DNA of 62,094 nt, filler included. It is 5 parts of 5 records of this genome, joined end to end, with 100 filler letters (N's around TTAATTAATTAA, not from the genome) between each part and the next. Parts side by side here need not be neighbours in the genome. Positions count along the whole stretch, not along the records: positions 1 to 24,944 come from DRR723986_23490; positions 25,045 to 35,257 come from DRR723986_23583; 3 more parts are not named here. One strand, given 5' to 3'. Below the pieces are notes generated by a model. It saw nothing but the letters and a program-made list of their open reading frames with translations. It was not told where the DNA came from and searched no databases. Below are positions 18,491 to 27,344 of this stretch, piece after piece; positions within the stretch are counted from its first letter, which is position 1, and each line of letters starts with the position of its first letter. Both the position numbers and the translations under genes were made by a program.

Positions 18491-19044
18491 TTCCGTTGGC
18501 CGAACGAATAAACGTTTGCGACACGCCTGGAGATTTTCCGGGCCGTTTGTCGTTGTGCGGCGTGAAGAAATCTCGCAAGAGACCACCGCGGCGACGAAAC
18601 GCCGCAATCAAGCCGACTCGACGGCTTGCGCAAACGATGCTCGAACTAGTTGCTGCAACGACGATTATTGCAATCGCCCTCGTTCCGGCACTGAAGGCAA
18701 CCCGTAGCAGCCTAATGCACCTAGAACACTTGGAACGCAACGAGCAACTTGTTTCGTTGTGTACAAGCATGCTCGAACGTGAGATGGCATCAACTGCGGG
18801 CGTTTGGGACATGAATTCCCGAAGCGGCCTGGCCCAGATTCCAACTGCGAACGTTCGTTTTATGGTGAACAAGTCTGACGCAGTTGCTGATGGCGGAATC
18901 CCCGGTGAACTAGCTGTTGTAGACGTCATCGTTTGGCACGACACCGACCGTGGCGGAGATCTCGATTCAGATGAACCACGCGGCCGCCTGTCGACCAAAC
19001 TGGCCAAGGTCACATCGTACGAATACGAAGCGACCGTCCACTAG
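18487..19044 (+). CDS. Minor pilin (GspI/PilV-like)
   Basis: RLA|QTMLELVAATTIIAIALVP. ATGA overlap with the upstream gene; the true start may be further downstream. Confidence 0.72.
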   Translation: MIPLAERINVCDTPGDFPGRLSLCGVKKSRKRPPRRRNAAIKPTRRLAQTMLELVAATTIIAIALVPALKATRSSLMHLEHLERNEQLVSLCTSMLEREMASTAGVWDMNSRSGLAQIPTANVRFMVNKSDAVADGGIPGELAVVDVIVWHDTDRGGDLDSDEPRGRLSTKLAKVTSYEYEATVH

Positions 19045-19049
19045 AAGAG

Positions 19050-19613
19050 ATGCCGACTGTGTTACCTACAATCCGTTCTTCGAACACCTGTGGATCGACC
19101 ATAGTATCGCAACCGCGATCCGGGCTAACGCTGCTTGAGTTGGTGATCGCGACCAGCATGATGGCTGTAGTTGCCACCAGTGTAACTTTGGTCCTCCGGA
19201 CGGCCAGAGACGCGTGGGACATCGGCGACAGTGATTACGCTGCCGTCCACCATGCAGAAAACCTAGCGAGGCACTTTGTCCGCCAATGCCGTGAAGCGAA
19301 AAAGGTGACGGAATTCTCAAATTCCAAAGTCACTCTTGAGATGCAAGGTGGCACGAGTACCCAGTGGGAACTAGTTGGTAGATTCTCCGGAATGGACGGA
19401 GTTGTGTTAACGACATATTTGCCCTCTCGAGAAACGGTGCCGCTCGCCCGTCAAATTAGCAAGCTATCCTTTCGCGGTTTCAAAGCTGACGCAAAAACGC
19501 AGACCACCAACTTGGACGACATTCAATTGATTCAGGTTCAAGCTGAAGTCGTGTTGCCCACCACAGGTGCCACGAAAACAGTGACAGCGGACGCTTGGCT
19601 GCGAAGCTGGTAG
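19050..19613 (+). CDS. Minor pilin (GspJ/PilW-like)
   Basis: RSG|LTLLELVIATSMMAVV; third position in the minor pilin series. Confidence 0.8.
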   Translation: MPTVLPTIRSSNTCGSTIVSQPRSGLTLLELVIATSMMAVVATSVTLVLRTARDAWDIGDSDYAAVHHAENLARHFVRQCREAKKVTEFSNSKVTLEMQGGTSTQWELVGRFSGMDGVVLTTYLPSRETVPLARQISKLSFRGFKADAKTQTTNLDDIQLIQVQAEVVLPTTGATKTVTADAWLRSW

Positions 19614-19678
19614 GGAGTGCAAAGATGACAGAATCACATCGTTCAATCCGCTGCTTCGAAAATTGGCAAGGTCAGAAA

Positions 19679-20047
19679 ATGAACAAGAAGTCGCGTCGCA
19701 GTGGAGCTGCTCTGCTGATGGCCATCTTCATCATGACGGTCGTTAGCACGCTTGTAGTGTCGATGGCTGATACGCAGATGCTGCGATACGCTGCGTTGCG
19801 AAATACACGTGATTGGGACAGCGCACGCTACTTGGCAGAAGCTGGCCTGCACCACGCCTTTGCTCAGCTTGAAAAAGACATTGAATGGCGGACCGGCGTC
19901 CCGACAACTGAGTTCCCGATTGGAAGCGGACAAACATACGCCGCCAAAGTTACCGATGGACCAGACGGCACGGTGGTAGTGACAGCGACGGGCAATGCGG
20001 GATCCTTCAGCCGTGTGTTGACCGCAAAAGTGAAGCACGGCGGCTAA
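19679..20047 (+). CDS. Minor pilin (PilX/GspK-like, no Glu5)
   Basis: MNKKSRRSG|AALLMAIFIMTVVSTLVV and ARYLAEAGLHHA (PilX N-terminal pattern). ATG 19679 is preferred over 19595. Confidence 0.8.
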   Translation: MNKKSRRSGAALLMAIFIMTVVSTLVVSMADTQMLRYAALRNTRDWDSARYLAEAGLHHAFAQLEKDIEWRTGVPTTEFPIGSGQTYAAKVTDGPDGTVVVTATGNAGSFSRVLTAKVKHGG

Positions 20048-20103
20048 CAAGTGAAAACAAGACAAAGCACCGCAACAACAATCGTTGTGTTTCGGAGACA
20101 GCC

Positions 20104-21756
20104 ATGAGTATCGAGAGTCCTGCCCCGACATCGCCTTCCGACGAATCAGAGAGCTTGATCGTCGCCGTCGAGCGCGAGCCTGCGAAGAAGGAACGCCGAC
20201 GCAAGCACACCAAGGTACGCAGCGATCGCCGCAACCCAAACAAGATTAGCGTCGGACTTGAAATCTCGCCTTCGGGTATTTCCCTGGCGGTCGTCAGTCA
20301 ACAGCCTGGCGAAGAACGAAAACTGAACACTGACTTTGTTCCGTTTCCATCCGAAGCCGGACCGGCCATTGGACAGTGGCGCGACGGCACCATCCAGGAA
20401 ACACTACAAGCCCTGGTGGATCGTTATCGGCTTGCCGGTCACGCAGTATGCGTTGGTTTAGGTGGCCAGCCCTGCGTCACTCGTGGCTGGTTCGGTGAAA
20501 ATGCTGACGTCGACGAAAACATCGCAGAGAACCGAGACCGAACACACCGCTACCTTTCGTTAGGTCGCGGTGACAAAGTCGCGGCCTACTTCGAATCGCC
20601 CGTTGACGCAAAACGAAAACGAGCCTGGCTAACGATTGCGCGCCGCGAAGTAGTCGAGGCGGTCGCATCCGCGGTGGACGCCGTTGGCTTGCGACTGACA
20701 AAAATTGAGCATTCATTGGTCGCCGCTTGTCGTTCCTTGGGCAAGAGCGGATTCGACGCCCAGGAACCGGTCATGCTCTTGGGCAACAACCGAGGCCGAC
20801 CTGAGCTTGGCGTGTCCTACCGCGGCCAACTCATGCTGGACTATCGCCCTGCCAGTATCGCACCCGAATTTATGAAGCGCACTGACTTTCTCGTTGGTGG
20901 CATCATCAGTAAGCAAATCAAATGCGTCCGCCGCTACTTGCAAATGCATCTACCTCGCGGCACCGGTGAGTTGTCGAAGGTTTGCTTGCCAAGTGAAACT
21001 GGATTGTCGCCGATTGTTGCCGAAGAGCTTGACGAAATGCACTCTTTGGTAACCGTTCCGTTGCCACGACGACAACTACTCAAGCATGTTGGTCTACCGG
21101 ACAACCGAGAGGTCAACTCGTGGGAGGTGTACACGGCAGTTTGGCTTGCCACCGAAGATGATTCTGAGGAGAACGCTCATGCCGACCTGATGGGATCGCT
21201 CACTAAGAAAGATCAAATACCGGTACGCGACATCGTCAAACTGGTTTGGCCAATCGCGGCAACGCTACTCTTGGCACTTGGTGCACATGCTGCTGTGCTT
21301 TGTAAAAGCCAATCCACGGCCAATCGCGAAGCACAACTGGAATCACTTCAGCCTCAGCGGATTGAATACACCAGGATGCAAACGCAGCTAGCGAAGCTCG
21401 ATACGAAGATTTCCACCCTGAACAATCTTCGCAGCAAGATAACGCCGGGTGATTGGAACAACGTGATAAAGTTTGCCGGTCGCGCGCTTCCGCAAGGCAC
21501 TTGGCTGCGAAACATCCGGATCGACAAAGGGCAAATGGTCGCCCTCTCCGGAAGCAGCTTTACGGATGAAGCCATATATGAGTACGTCGAAAAGTTGAGA
21601 GATTCTCAGTTGTTTTCGCGTGTTACTCTCGATGGTACCCGCAGCACCCGCACATCGACGGGCCCCGCCTTCGAATTTGATGTCTCAACGCAGGCTTTCA
21701 CCCAAATCAAGGATGACGAGTCTGTGGCGCTCCGAAGTCCAAGCAAGCGACTTTAA
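20104..21756 (+). CDS. PilM-like/PilN fusion (GspL-like architecture)
   Basis: N-terminal VGLEISPSGISLAVV (actin-like PilM start) and VGLRLTKIE, then a single TM and coiled coil. C-terminal LPQGTWLRNI...VALSG...YVEKLRDSQLFSRVTL...FEF is a PilN pattern. Confidence 0.72.
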   Translation: MSIESPAPTSPSDESESLIVAVEREPAKKERRRKHTKVRSDRRNPNKISVGLEISPSGISLAVVSQQPGEERKLNTDFVPFPSEAGPAIGQWRDGTIQETLQALVDRYRLAGHAVCVGLGGQPCVTRGWFGENADVDENIAENRDRTHRYLSLGRGDKVAAYFESPVDAKRKRAWLTIARREVVEAVASAVDAVGLRLTKIEHSLVAACRSLGKSGFDAQEPVMLLGNNRGRPELGVSYRGQLMLDYRPASIAPEFMKRTDFLVGGIISKQIKCVRRYLQMHLPRGTGELSKVCLPSETGLSPIVAEELDEMHSLVTVPLPRRQLLKHVGLPDNREVNSWEVYTAVWLATEDDSEENAHADLMGSLTKKDQIPVRDIVKLVWPIAATLLLALGAHAAVLCKSQSTANREAQLESLQPQRIEYTRMQTQLAKLDTKISTLNNLRSKITPGDWNNVIKFAGRALPQGTWLRNIRIDKGQMVALSGSSFTDEAIYEYVEKLRDSQLFSRVTLDGTRSTRTSTGPAFEFDVSTQAFTQIKDDESVALRSPSKRL

Positions 21757-21800
21757 CGCATTGCACGTGTAAAACGGTTCGGAAATATAAATGGAAGTTA

Positions 21801-22424
21801 GTGAACAACATGGCTGACCTACCTCTACAACAGTTGCTAACACACCCCCGCCGAAGATGGATAGTAGGCGGTGTTTCGATAATGCTGGCATTTATAGTTT
21901 TGCTACCTGCAGTCGACGAGTGGAATCGCTTGGCTGAGCAGCAGGACGAAACCAATGCTGAAATTATCGATATTCAAAACCGTGTTGCCAATATTGATTT
22001 AATGGCGTCCAGATTGACGGCCGCTGAGGAGACATTCAAGAGTCAGAAACGCACCGTAGACTCCGAGACCGCAACGCAAATACGTGAACAAGTTGTTGAA
22101 CTGATTCACCATTGCAAGTGTCGACTGTTGAAAGTGCAGCTTGGCGATTCATTAACAAAGCCCTACGCCATCGGCGATGATCCCATGGATGACCTGGAGA
22201 TCACCGGTGATGACAGACCATTTGAGCTGGTGAAAACCAAACTCATTTTGTCCGCTGAGGGTTCCCTTGTGCAACTAAATGAATTGGTTAAGCAGTTGGA
22301 AGAGATTCACCCTTTGGCCCTGCCGTCAAAGATGAACATGCAGCGGGACGGATCCCAAGCTGTACTCCGACTAGAAGTTGAACTGACCTTGATGGATCTT
22401 AGGCAAAAGTCTGTTGAATCGTAG
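21801..22424 (+). CDS. PilO/GspM-like protein
   Basis: N-terminal TM, coiled coil and C-terminal LILSAEGSLVQLNELVKQLE pattern. Lies between the PilN-like gene and the secretin. Confidence 0.65.
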   Translation: MNNMADLPLQQLLTHPRRRWIVGGVSIMLAFIVLLPAVDEWNRLAEQQDETNAEIIDIQNRVANIDLMASRLTAAEETFKSQKRTVDSETATQIREQVVELIHHCKCRLLKVQLGDSLTKPYAIGDDPMDDLEITGDDRPFELVKTKLILSAEGSLVQLNELVKQLEEIHPLALPSKMNMQRDGSQAVLRLEVELTLMDLRQKSVES

Positions 22425-22472
22425 TCGTTAGCCCCGACATTGCGGTCGACAGCAACATCCAAGGAGGGATGT

Positions 22473-24302
22473 ATGCAAGCCTTTACAATGAGAAGCGCAT
22501 TCGCGCTGAGCCTAGCAATTGCTTTTTGCGCGTCGACACACGCCCAAAACCAGCTTCCGAACCTGCGGCTTGCCCAAGAAACGAACGATTCTGCATCACA
22601 CGTAGAAACGCGGCTGAAGCAGGCAATCTCACTGGATCTTCGAGATGCAACCCTTCTGGAAGCACTCTTCTCGATTCGCGACCTCTCCGGTCTAAACATT
22701 GTCGTCGGTAACGAAGTAGAAGGCACAGTGAATGCCTCCTTCAGCAAAACGCCCGTCGATCAGATCCTTGACACGCTGCTCATCCCGCGCGGCTACAGCT
22801 ATCGTGTCGTAAGTGGCTCACTGGCCATTTTGCCGCTTCAGGTGATTGGCGACAAACTTCCCAACTTTGAAACAATGGTCGTGCCTTTGGAGGCGAACTC
22901 CTCGGCAGATCTTCAGCCAATCGTGCAAGCCCTTCTCTCGCCCGAAGGCCGTGTTCACGCTGTACCATCAAGCAACTCTCTCTTGGTGATGGACTATCGC
23001 AGCCGCCTGGACGACGCAAAGAAACAGATCGAAGCACTTGAGTCGGCCGCCAAAGCGCGAGCCTTAACACAACCGCTTACTCCCAACGGTGCAGCCGCCG
23101 CGGTTGGGGCTGACGGCGCACCCGGTGCAGCAACCGGGCTTCAAGAAGCACAGCTCAGGGCTCGTGCTGTTGTGAAGGTTTTCGAACCCCAGTTTGTCCT
23201 GCCTAGCCAAATCGCGCAAGGCATTACGCCACTACTAAGCACAATCGGAACGCTCGCTGCACTTGAGAACGATGACAAAGTCGTCGTTAGTGACTTGCCA
23301 GAGAACATCGCCCGCATTGAACAAGCCGTTACGCAAATAGATATTCCGCGACCTCAAGTTCGAATCTGGGCACTGATTTATGACGCCGGCATCGAAGACC
23401 TTGAGGCCTGTGGCGTGAACTTCCAGTCTGGTATCAACGGCTCCGCCGTTGCCGCATCCGGTCAAGCCGCACAGTCGATCGTTATGAACTCCGTGACCGC
23501 CCCTGTCGGTGGTCCCACCAATGGTGTCCTGACCCTATCCACGATCAACCGCCTCGGATCGATGCAGTCCGTTATTCAGGCGCTCGATACCAGTAACGAC
23601 TCGCGTCTGCTAGCCGATCCCAACGTTGTGGTCATGGACCACGAGCAGGCACAAATCGAAATCGTTACCGAGGTGCCGTACCAAGTTCTGACGCAAGGCA
23701 TTGATGGAGGCCAGATCGGCACAACAGAATTTCGCGAAGCTGGTGTGACGCTCATGGTGACACCTCATATCGCTGGCGACGACACTATTGCGATGCAAGT
23801 CAACCCTCGATTCAGCCTGCTGACCGGATTTACTGAGGGCGACAACGCTCCGATCATTGATCGCCGAGAGACCAACACGACCGTACGGATCGCAAATCTT
23901 GAGACGCTCGTTCTAGGTGGCCTCCGCCAAAGAACTCGCATCGTTGAAAAGTCTGGCATTCCTGGACTAAGCAAGGTGCCGTACCTGGGACACCTTTTCA
24001 AATTCGACCGACGCACAGCCCGCGAGAGCGAGCTGATTGTCTTCATCACTCCAGAGATCGTAACGCCGCATTACCGCGGAAACGCTCGCGAAGAGTGCAT
24101 TCGCTCCAACGTTCAAACTGAAATCGAGCTGACTCCGACGTCTCCCATTCCTTTTGGAATGGACGTACTCCGAGCCGAGAAAGCTGCAGCCAATGCTCGC
24201 TTGAACACATTCCGTCCGAACGAGTGTGGATGTGGCCAGTGTGCGAATTGCTATGCCGATCCCGGCATCATCGGCGGCTACGGTGTAGAACATCGTAAAT
24301 AA
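22473..24302 (+). CDS. Secretin (GspD/PilQ family)
   Basis: RBS AAGGAGG at 22461-22467, signal peptide, ISLDLRDA (N0), N3 repeats, IDIPRPQVRIWALI, FREAGVTLMVTPHI, VPYLGHLFK and ELIVFITPEIV. Confidence 0.95.
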   Translation: MQAFTMRSAFALSLAIAFCASTHAQNQLPNLRLAQETNDSASHVETRLKQAISLDLRDATLLEALFSIRDLSGLNIVVGNEVEGTVNASFSKTPVDQILDTLLIPRGYSYRVVSGSLAILPLQVIGDKLPNFETMVVPLEANSSADLQPIVQALLSPEGRVHAVPSSNSLLVMDYRSRLDDAKKQIEALESAAKARALTQPLTPNGAAAAVGADGAPGAATGLQEAQLRARAVVKVFEPQFVLPSQIAQGITPLLSTIGTLAALENDDKVVVSDLPENIARIEQAVTQIDIPRPQVRIWALIYDAGIEDLEACGVNFQSGINGSAVAASGQAAQSIVMNSVTAPVGGPTNGVLTLSTINRLGSMQSVIQALDTSNDSRLLADPNVVVMDHEQAQIEIVTEVPYQVLTQGIDGGQIGTTEFREAGVTLMVTPHIAGDDTIAMQVNPRFSLLTGFTEGDNAPIIDRRETNTTVRIANLETLVLGGLRQRTRIVEKSGIPGLSKVPYLGHLFKFDRRTARESELIVFITPEIVTPHYRGNAREECIRSNVQTEIELTPTSPIPFGMDVLRAEKAAANARLNTFRPNECGCGQCANCYADPGIIGGYGVEHRK

Positions 24303-24450
24303 TCCTGGCATCGCAGTGAACTACTGGCTCAAGCCGAAGTCAACGGTTGCTTTCAAACGACTTCACCTACAGATGCCTTTCCCCCGATTCGTCGCCCCGG
24401 CCCCTACGCTGACGATCGCTTGGATCCAACGCTGAAGTACGAGGGAGGTA

Positions 24451-24822
24451 TCATTCGGGTTTATCCGGACTGGATGTCGGGCCATCAATTTCCCGCTCAC
24501 GCTCGAGAACGATCCTGAGGTCTTTTTGGTCCGCGACGATGAGTTGCTCGGACTCACGATAACCGTCGGCAGTGACGACGACTTTGAAGTACTCGACTCC
24601 GACTGCGCAGCACCAGGTTGCGACGAATTTACCGTCAGCGTCAGAATCGCCTCCGCGCCCCGAGTGTGATGAATCGTGCGGGTAGACCGCTATGGTTGCG
24701 TCAGCGACTGGCTCGCCATCCCCATCGACAACGATGCCATCGAACTCGTAGCAGCGACTGCAGCCCGGCACCCCAAGAAGAAGCAGCGCAAGAATGCAGG
24801 CGGTTATCGATTTCATGTTCAT
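24451..24822 (-). CDS. Small lipoprotein with carboxypeptidase-regulatory-like (transthyretin-like) domain
   Basis: Lipobox VPGC, GIVVDGDGEPVADATI...SDADGKF and VTADGY. Confidence 0.7.
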   Translation of the reverse strand: MNMKSITACILALLLLGVPGCSRCYEFDGIVVDGDGEPVADATIAVYPHDSSHSGRGGDSDADGKFVATWCCAVGVEYFKVVVTADGYRESEQLIVADQKDLRIVLEREREIDGPTSSPDKPE

Positions 24823-24944
24823 GCCTGAGTCGCCCAATGGCAGATTCTTCCCACAACGCCCCAAAACTGAGATCGATGCCCGATCTACGGAAGAGTGTAC
24901 CAAAGCTCAACGGGAGGTTTTTACGACACCGCCCTGAACGAAGC

Positions 24945-25044
24945 NNNNNNNNNNNNNNNNNNNNNNNNNNNNNNNNNNNNNNNNNNNNTTAATTAATTAA
25001 NNNNNNNNNNNNNNNNNNNNNNNNNNNNNNNNNNNNNNNNNNNN
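24945..25044. other. Artificial contig spacer
   Basis: N44-TTAATTAATTAA-N44; the 12-mer gives stops in all six frames. Confidence 0.99.
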
Positions 25045-25045
25045 C

Positions 25046-25132
25046 GTCGACCGCATGATCCGCCAACTCGGCCCCGCGCTCCCCCGCGAGCTTACAGGCC
25101 GAGACAGATACAGGGCCTGGGGTATCCTGTGA
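25046..25132 (+). CDS. C-terminal fragment of a DUF1612/HTH_13 (RHE_PE00001-like) protein, 5' truncated by contig edge
   Basis: Translates VDRMIRQLGPALPRELTGRDRYRAWGIL*. The RELTGR.RYRAWGI terminus is characteristic of this alphaproteobacterial plasmid family, from recall. Confidence 0.65.
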   Translation, partial: VDRMIRQLGPALPRELTGRDRYRAWGIL

Positions 25133-25340
25133 CGAAATTTAGACCGAGCGCATTAGAGCCATACTTGGTCCAGAAAAGCGAAGGGAGCCCGGTCGACGCT
25201 AAAGCTCGACATACCCGCGCTTCACGATGAACACCCTTCTGCACATCCACTCTTTCCCCAGCTGGGAAAATCATCGCGGAAAACTCTAACTCGATCCGGG
25301 GGCAATTGACGCGAACACACTAGCAGCTGAAAGACAGAGG

Positions 25341-26168
25341 TTAGCGGTCTGGCACGGATCGTTTGGGTTCGCCGACATATTTATACCCAAGGGACGGTGG
25401 GGTTGGGCCTTTGATCCGTCCGCCAAACTGGGATTGCTCGTATGCATGGGACAGAATACCGATGGACCGCGACAGGATGAACAGACCTCGTGCCAAAGCT
25501 GCATCGAAGCCGAGCTCTCCGTAGATGGCGGCGGTGATGCCGTCGATATTCATCGGCAGCACCTTGTTTTTCGCTGCCGCAAGCCACGCCTCAACCGATT
25601 GCGCAATCTTCAGAAACTCTCCTGAGATCACGCCTTCGTCCCGCGCGGATTCCACCAGTTCTGTCAAACGAACCGTGCGCGGGTCTACCGGGTGGTATCT
25701 GTGACCGAAACCCGGGATGGGCTGGCGGGCGTCAATTTTCGGGCGCAACACCATCTCGGTGGCCTGCTGCAGATCCGTCCCGGTCTCCATCTGCTCCAGG
25801 ATTTCACGATAGATCAGAAGAGCGCCCTGTCCGGCACCCCCGTGAATGTCGTCCAGAACATTGATCGCCGACGCCATGGCGTTGTTGATGTCGCCTCCAC
25901 AGGTAATCGCCATGCGCGAAATCGCGATCGAAGGGGCCTGGGGGCCGTGATCGACTGCCGCGACAAGAGCCGCCTCCAGCAATTGAGCCTGTGCTCGGGA
26001 AGGCAGATCGCCACGCACCATGAGCCAGATCATTTCGACAAAGCTCACATTCCCGATCAGTTCCTGGATCGGGTACCCTCTGATGCCGATACGGCCCGGG
26101 GCCATATCGATAATTCCGGTACGCCACCACTCCTGGATTGCCGCTTCGGCTGAACGCGGTTCGGTCAT
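25341..26168 (-). CDS. Citryl-CoA lyase-like protein (citrate synthase fold)
   Basis: IRGYPIQELIG, VDHGPQAPS, IHGGAG, PGFGHRYH..DPR and MNIDG; 275 aa, the short CCL-type length. Confidence 0.88.
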   Translation of the reverse strand: MTEPRSAEAAIQEWWRTGIIDMAPGRIGIRGYPIQELIGNVSFVEMIWLMVRGDLPSRAQAQLLEAALVAAVDHGPQAPSIAISRMAITCGGDINNAMASAINVLDDIHGGAGQGALLIYREILEQMETGTDLQQATEMVLRPKIDARQPIPGFGHRYHPVDPRTVRLTELVESARDEGVISGEFLKIAQSVEAWLAAAKNKVLPMNIDGITAAIYGELGFDAALARGLFILSRSIGILSHAYEQSQFGGRIKGPTPPSLGYKYVGEPKRSVPDR

Positions 26169-26186
26169 AGTTTGGAAATCTCCGGT

Positions 26187-27344
26187 TCAGTAGATCGCTT
26201 CGATCAGTGCGGTATAATCCGACGCGACAAGCGGACGAGGATTGGTTTTGTGGGCATTGTCCTTCAAGGCCTGCTCGGGAATTGACGCGAGCTGGTCCCG
26301 GGTCAGCCCAAGGCTTGAAAGACTTTGGGGAATTTGAAGCTTCTTGTTGAGGGCATCGAGGTAGTCAGCAATGTCGCCCCCTTTTCCATTCGGGATCGCG
26401 GCGCAAAGCTGGTCGTATTTCGGTCCAAGGGCCTCCCGATTGTACCGCAGGACCGCGGGCATAAAGATCGCATTGAGCGTACCGTGGTGATAACCCAAGG
26501 CGCCAATCGGGTGAGAAAGCGCGTGAACCGCACCCATACCCTTCTGGAAACAGACCGCTCCTTGAAGCGAGGTCATCATCATGTGCCAGCGGGAGGCTTT
26601 GTCCGAACTTCCCTGGACCACGGCGTTTTCAATATGCGCCAGTCCTCGTTTCAATCCGTCGATGGCGATGGCATCGCATGGCGGATTTGGGACTGGCGAG
26701 GAGAACGTCTCGATACAGTGGGAAATCGCGTCCATACCGGTCACAGCCGTCACATGTGAGGGGAGGCGGCTGGTCAATTCCGGATCGCAGATTGCCGCGT
26801 GGACAAGACCCGAGGCGCCGACGCCGGCCTTGATGCCGTTGTCGAACACGATGACGGCGGACCGGCCGACCTCGCTGCCTGAGCCCGATGTCGTGGGCAT
26901 CAGGATCAGGGGAGCGGGGTTCTCGATGGGGCGAGGGGCGTTATGCCGATTGCAGAATTCCCATAGCGGGGCGTCTGAAGCCGCCAGGATCGCTATCGCT
27001 TTGGCGAGATCGAGAGCCGCGCCACCACCGATACCGATAACGATATCGCATCGTTCGGCATTGAAAAACCGGGCCCCTTCACGGGCAGCCGTCTCCGTTG
27101 GATTGGGGGGTGTTTCGAGAAATCTTGGCAGGTGTTCGCCGTTGTCGAGAGAACTCAACGCCATTGCAAGGACGCCGGCTGCCGCCACGCCCTTGTCGGA
27201 AACCACCAGCGGGCGCGAGGCTCCCGTTTTGCCGACAACGTCAGCCAAACGGTCGCGAGCACCAAATCCGAAATGCACCGTGGTGAGGAATTGAAGTACG
27301 CTTATGGTCTCGGGTGCTGGCCAGGATATGTTCTCTCCCATCAA
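26187..27344 (-). CDS. Iron-containing alcohol dehydrogenase (4-hydroxybutyrate dehydrogenase-like)
   Basis: GIGGGAALDLAK, PTTSGSGSE, GMDAISHCIE and GAVHALSH...HHGTLNA metal ligands. Confidence 0.92.
   Translation of the reverse strand: MMGENISWPAPETISVLQFLTTVHFGFGARDRLADVVGKTGASRPLVVSDKGVAAAGVLAMALSSLDNGEHLPRFLETPPNPTETAAREGARFFNAERCDIVIGIGGGAALDLAKAIAILAASDAPLWEFCNRHNAPRPIENPAPLILMPTTSGSGSEVGRSAVIVFDNGIKAGVGASGLVHAAICDPELTSRLPSHVTAVTGMDAISHCIETFSSPVPNPPCDAIAIDGLKRGLAHIENAVVQGSSDKASRWHMMMTSLQGAVCFQKGMGAVHALSHPIGALGYHHGTLNAIFMPAVLRYNREALGPKYDQLCAAIPNGKGGDIADYLDALNKKLQIPQSLSSLGLTRDQLASIPEQALKDNAHKTNPRPLVASDYTALIEAIY

Noticed and set aside
11752-19044. Ala instead of Gly at the -1 position of three prepilins
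   Set aside because: Ala at -1 is common in planctomycete class III signal peptides and is not novel by itself.
11584-24847. 14-bp direct repeat CCAATGGCAGATTC at 11584-11597 and 24834-24847 bracketing the pilus cluster (possible att sites)
   Set aside because: No integrase or tRNA is adjacent. A few exact 14-mer matches are expected by chance in 62 kb. It would need an empty-site genome to support it.
25278-25310. GGAAAACTCTAACTCGATCCGGGGGCAA as a decayed IS3 end
   Set aside because: The resemblance is short, with no terminal CA in register and no transposase remnant.
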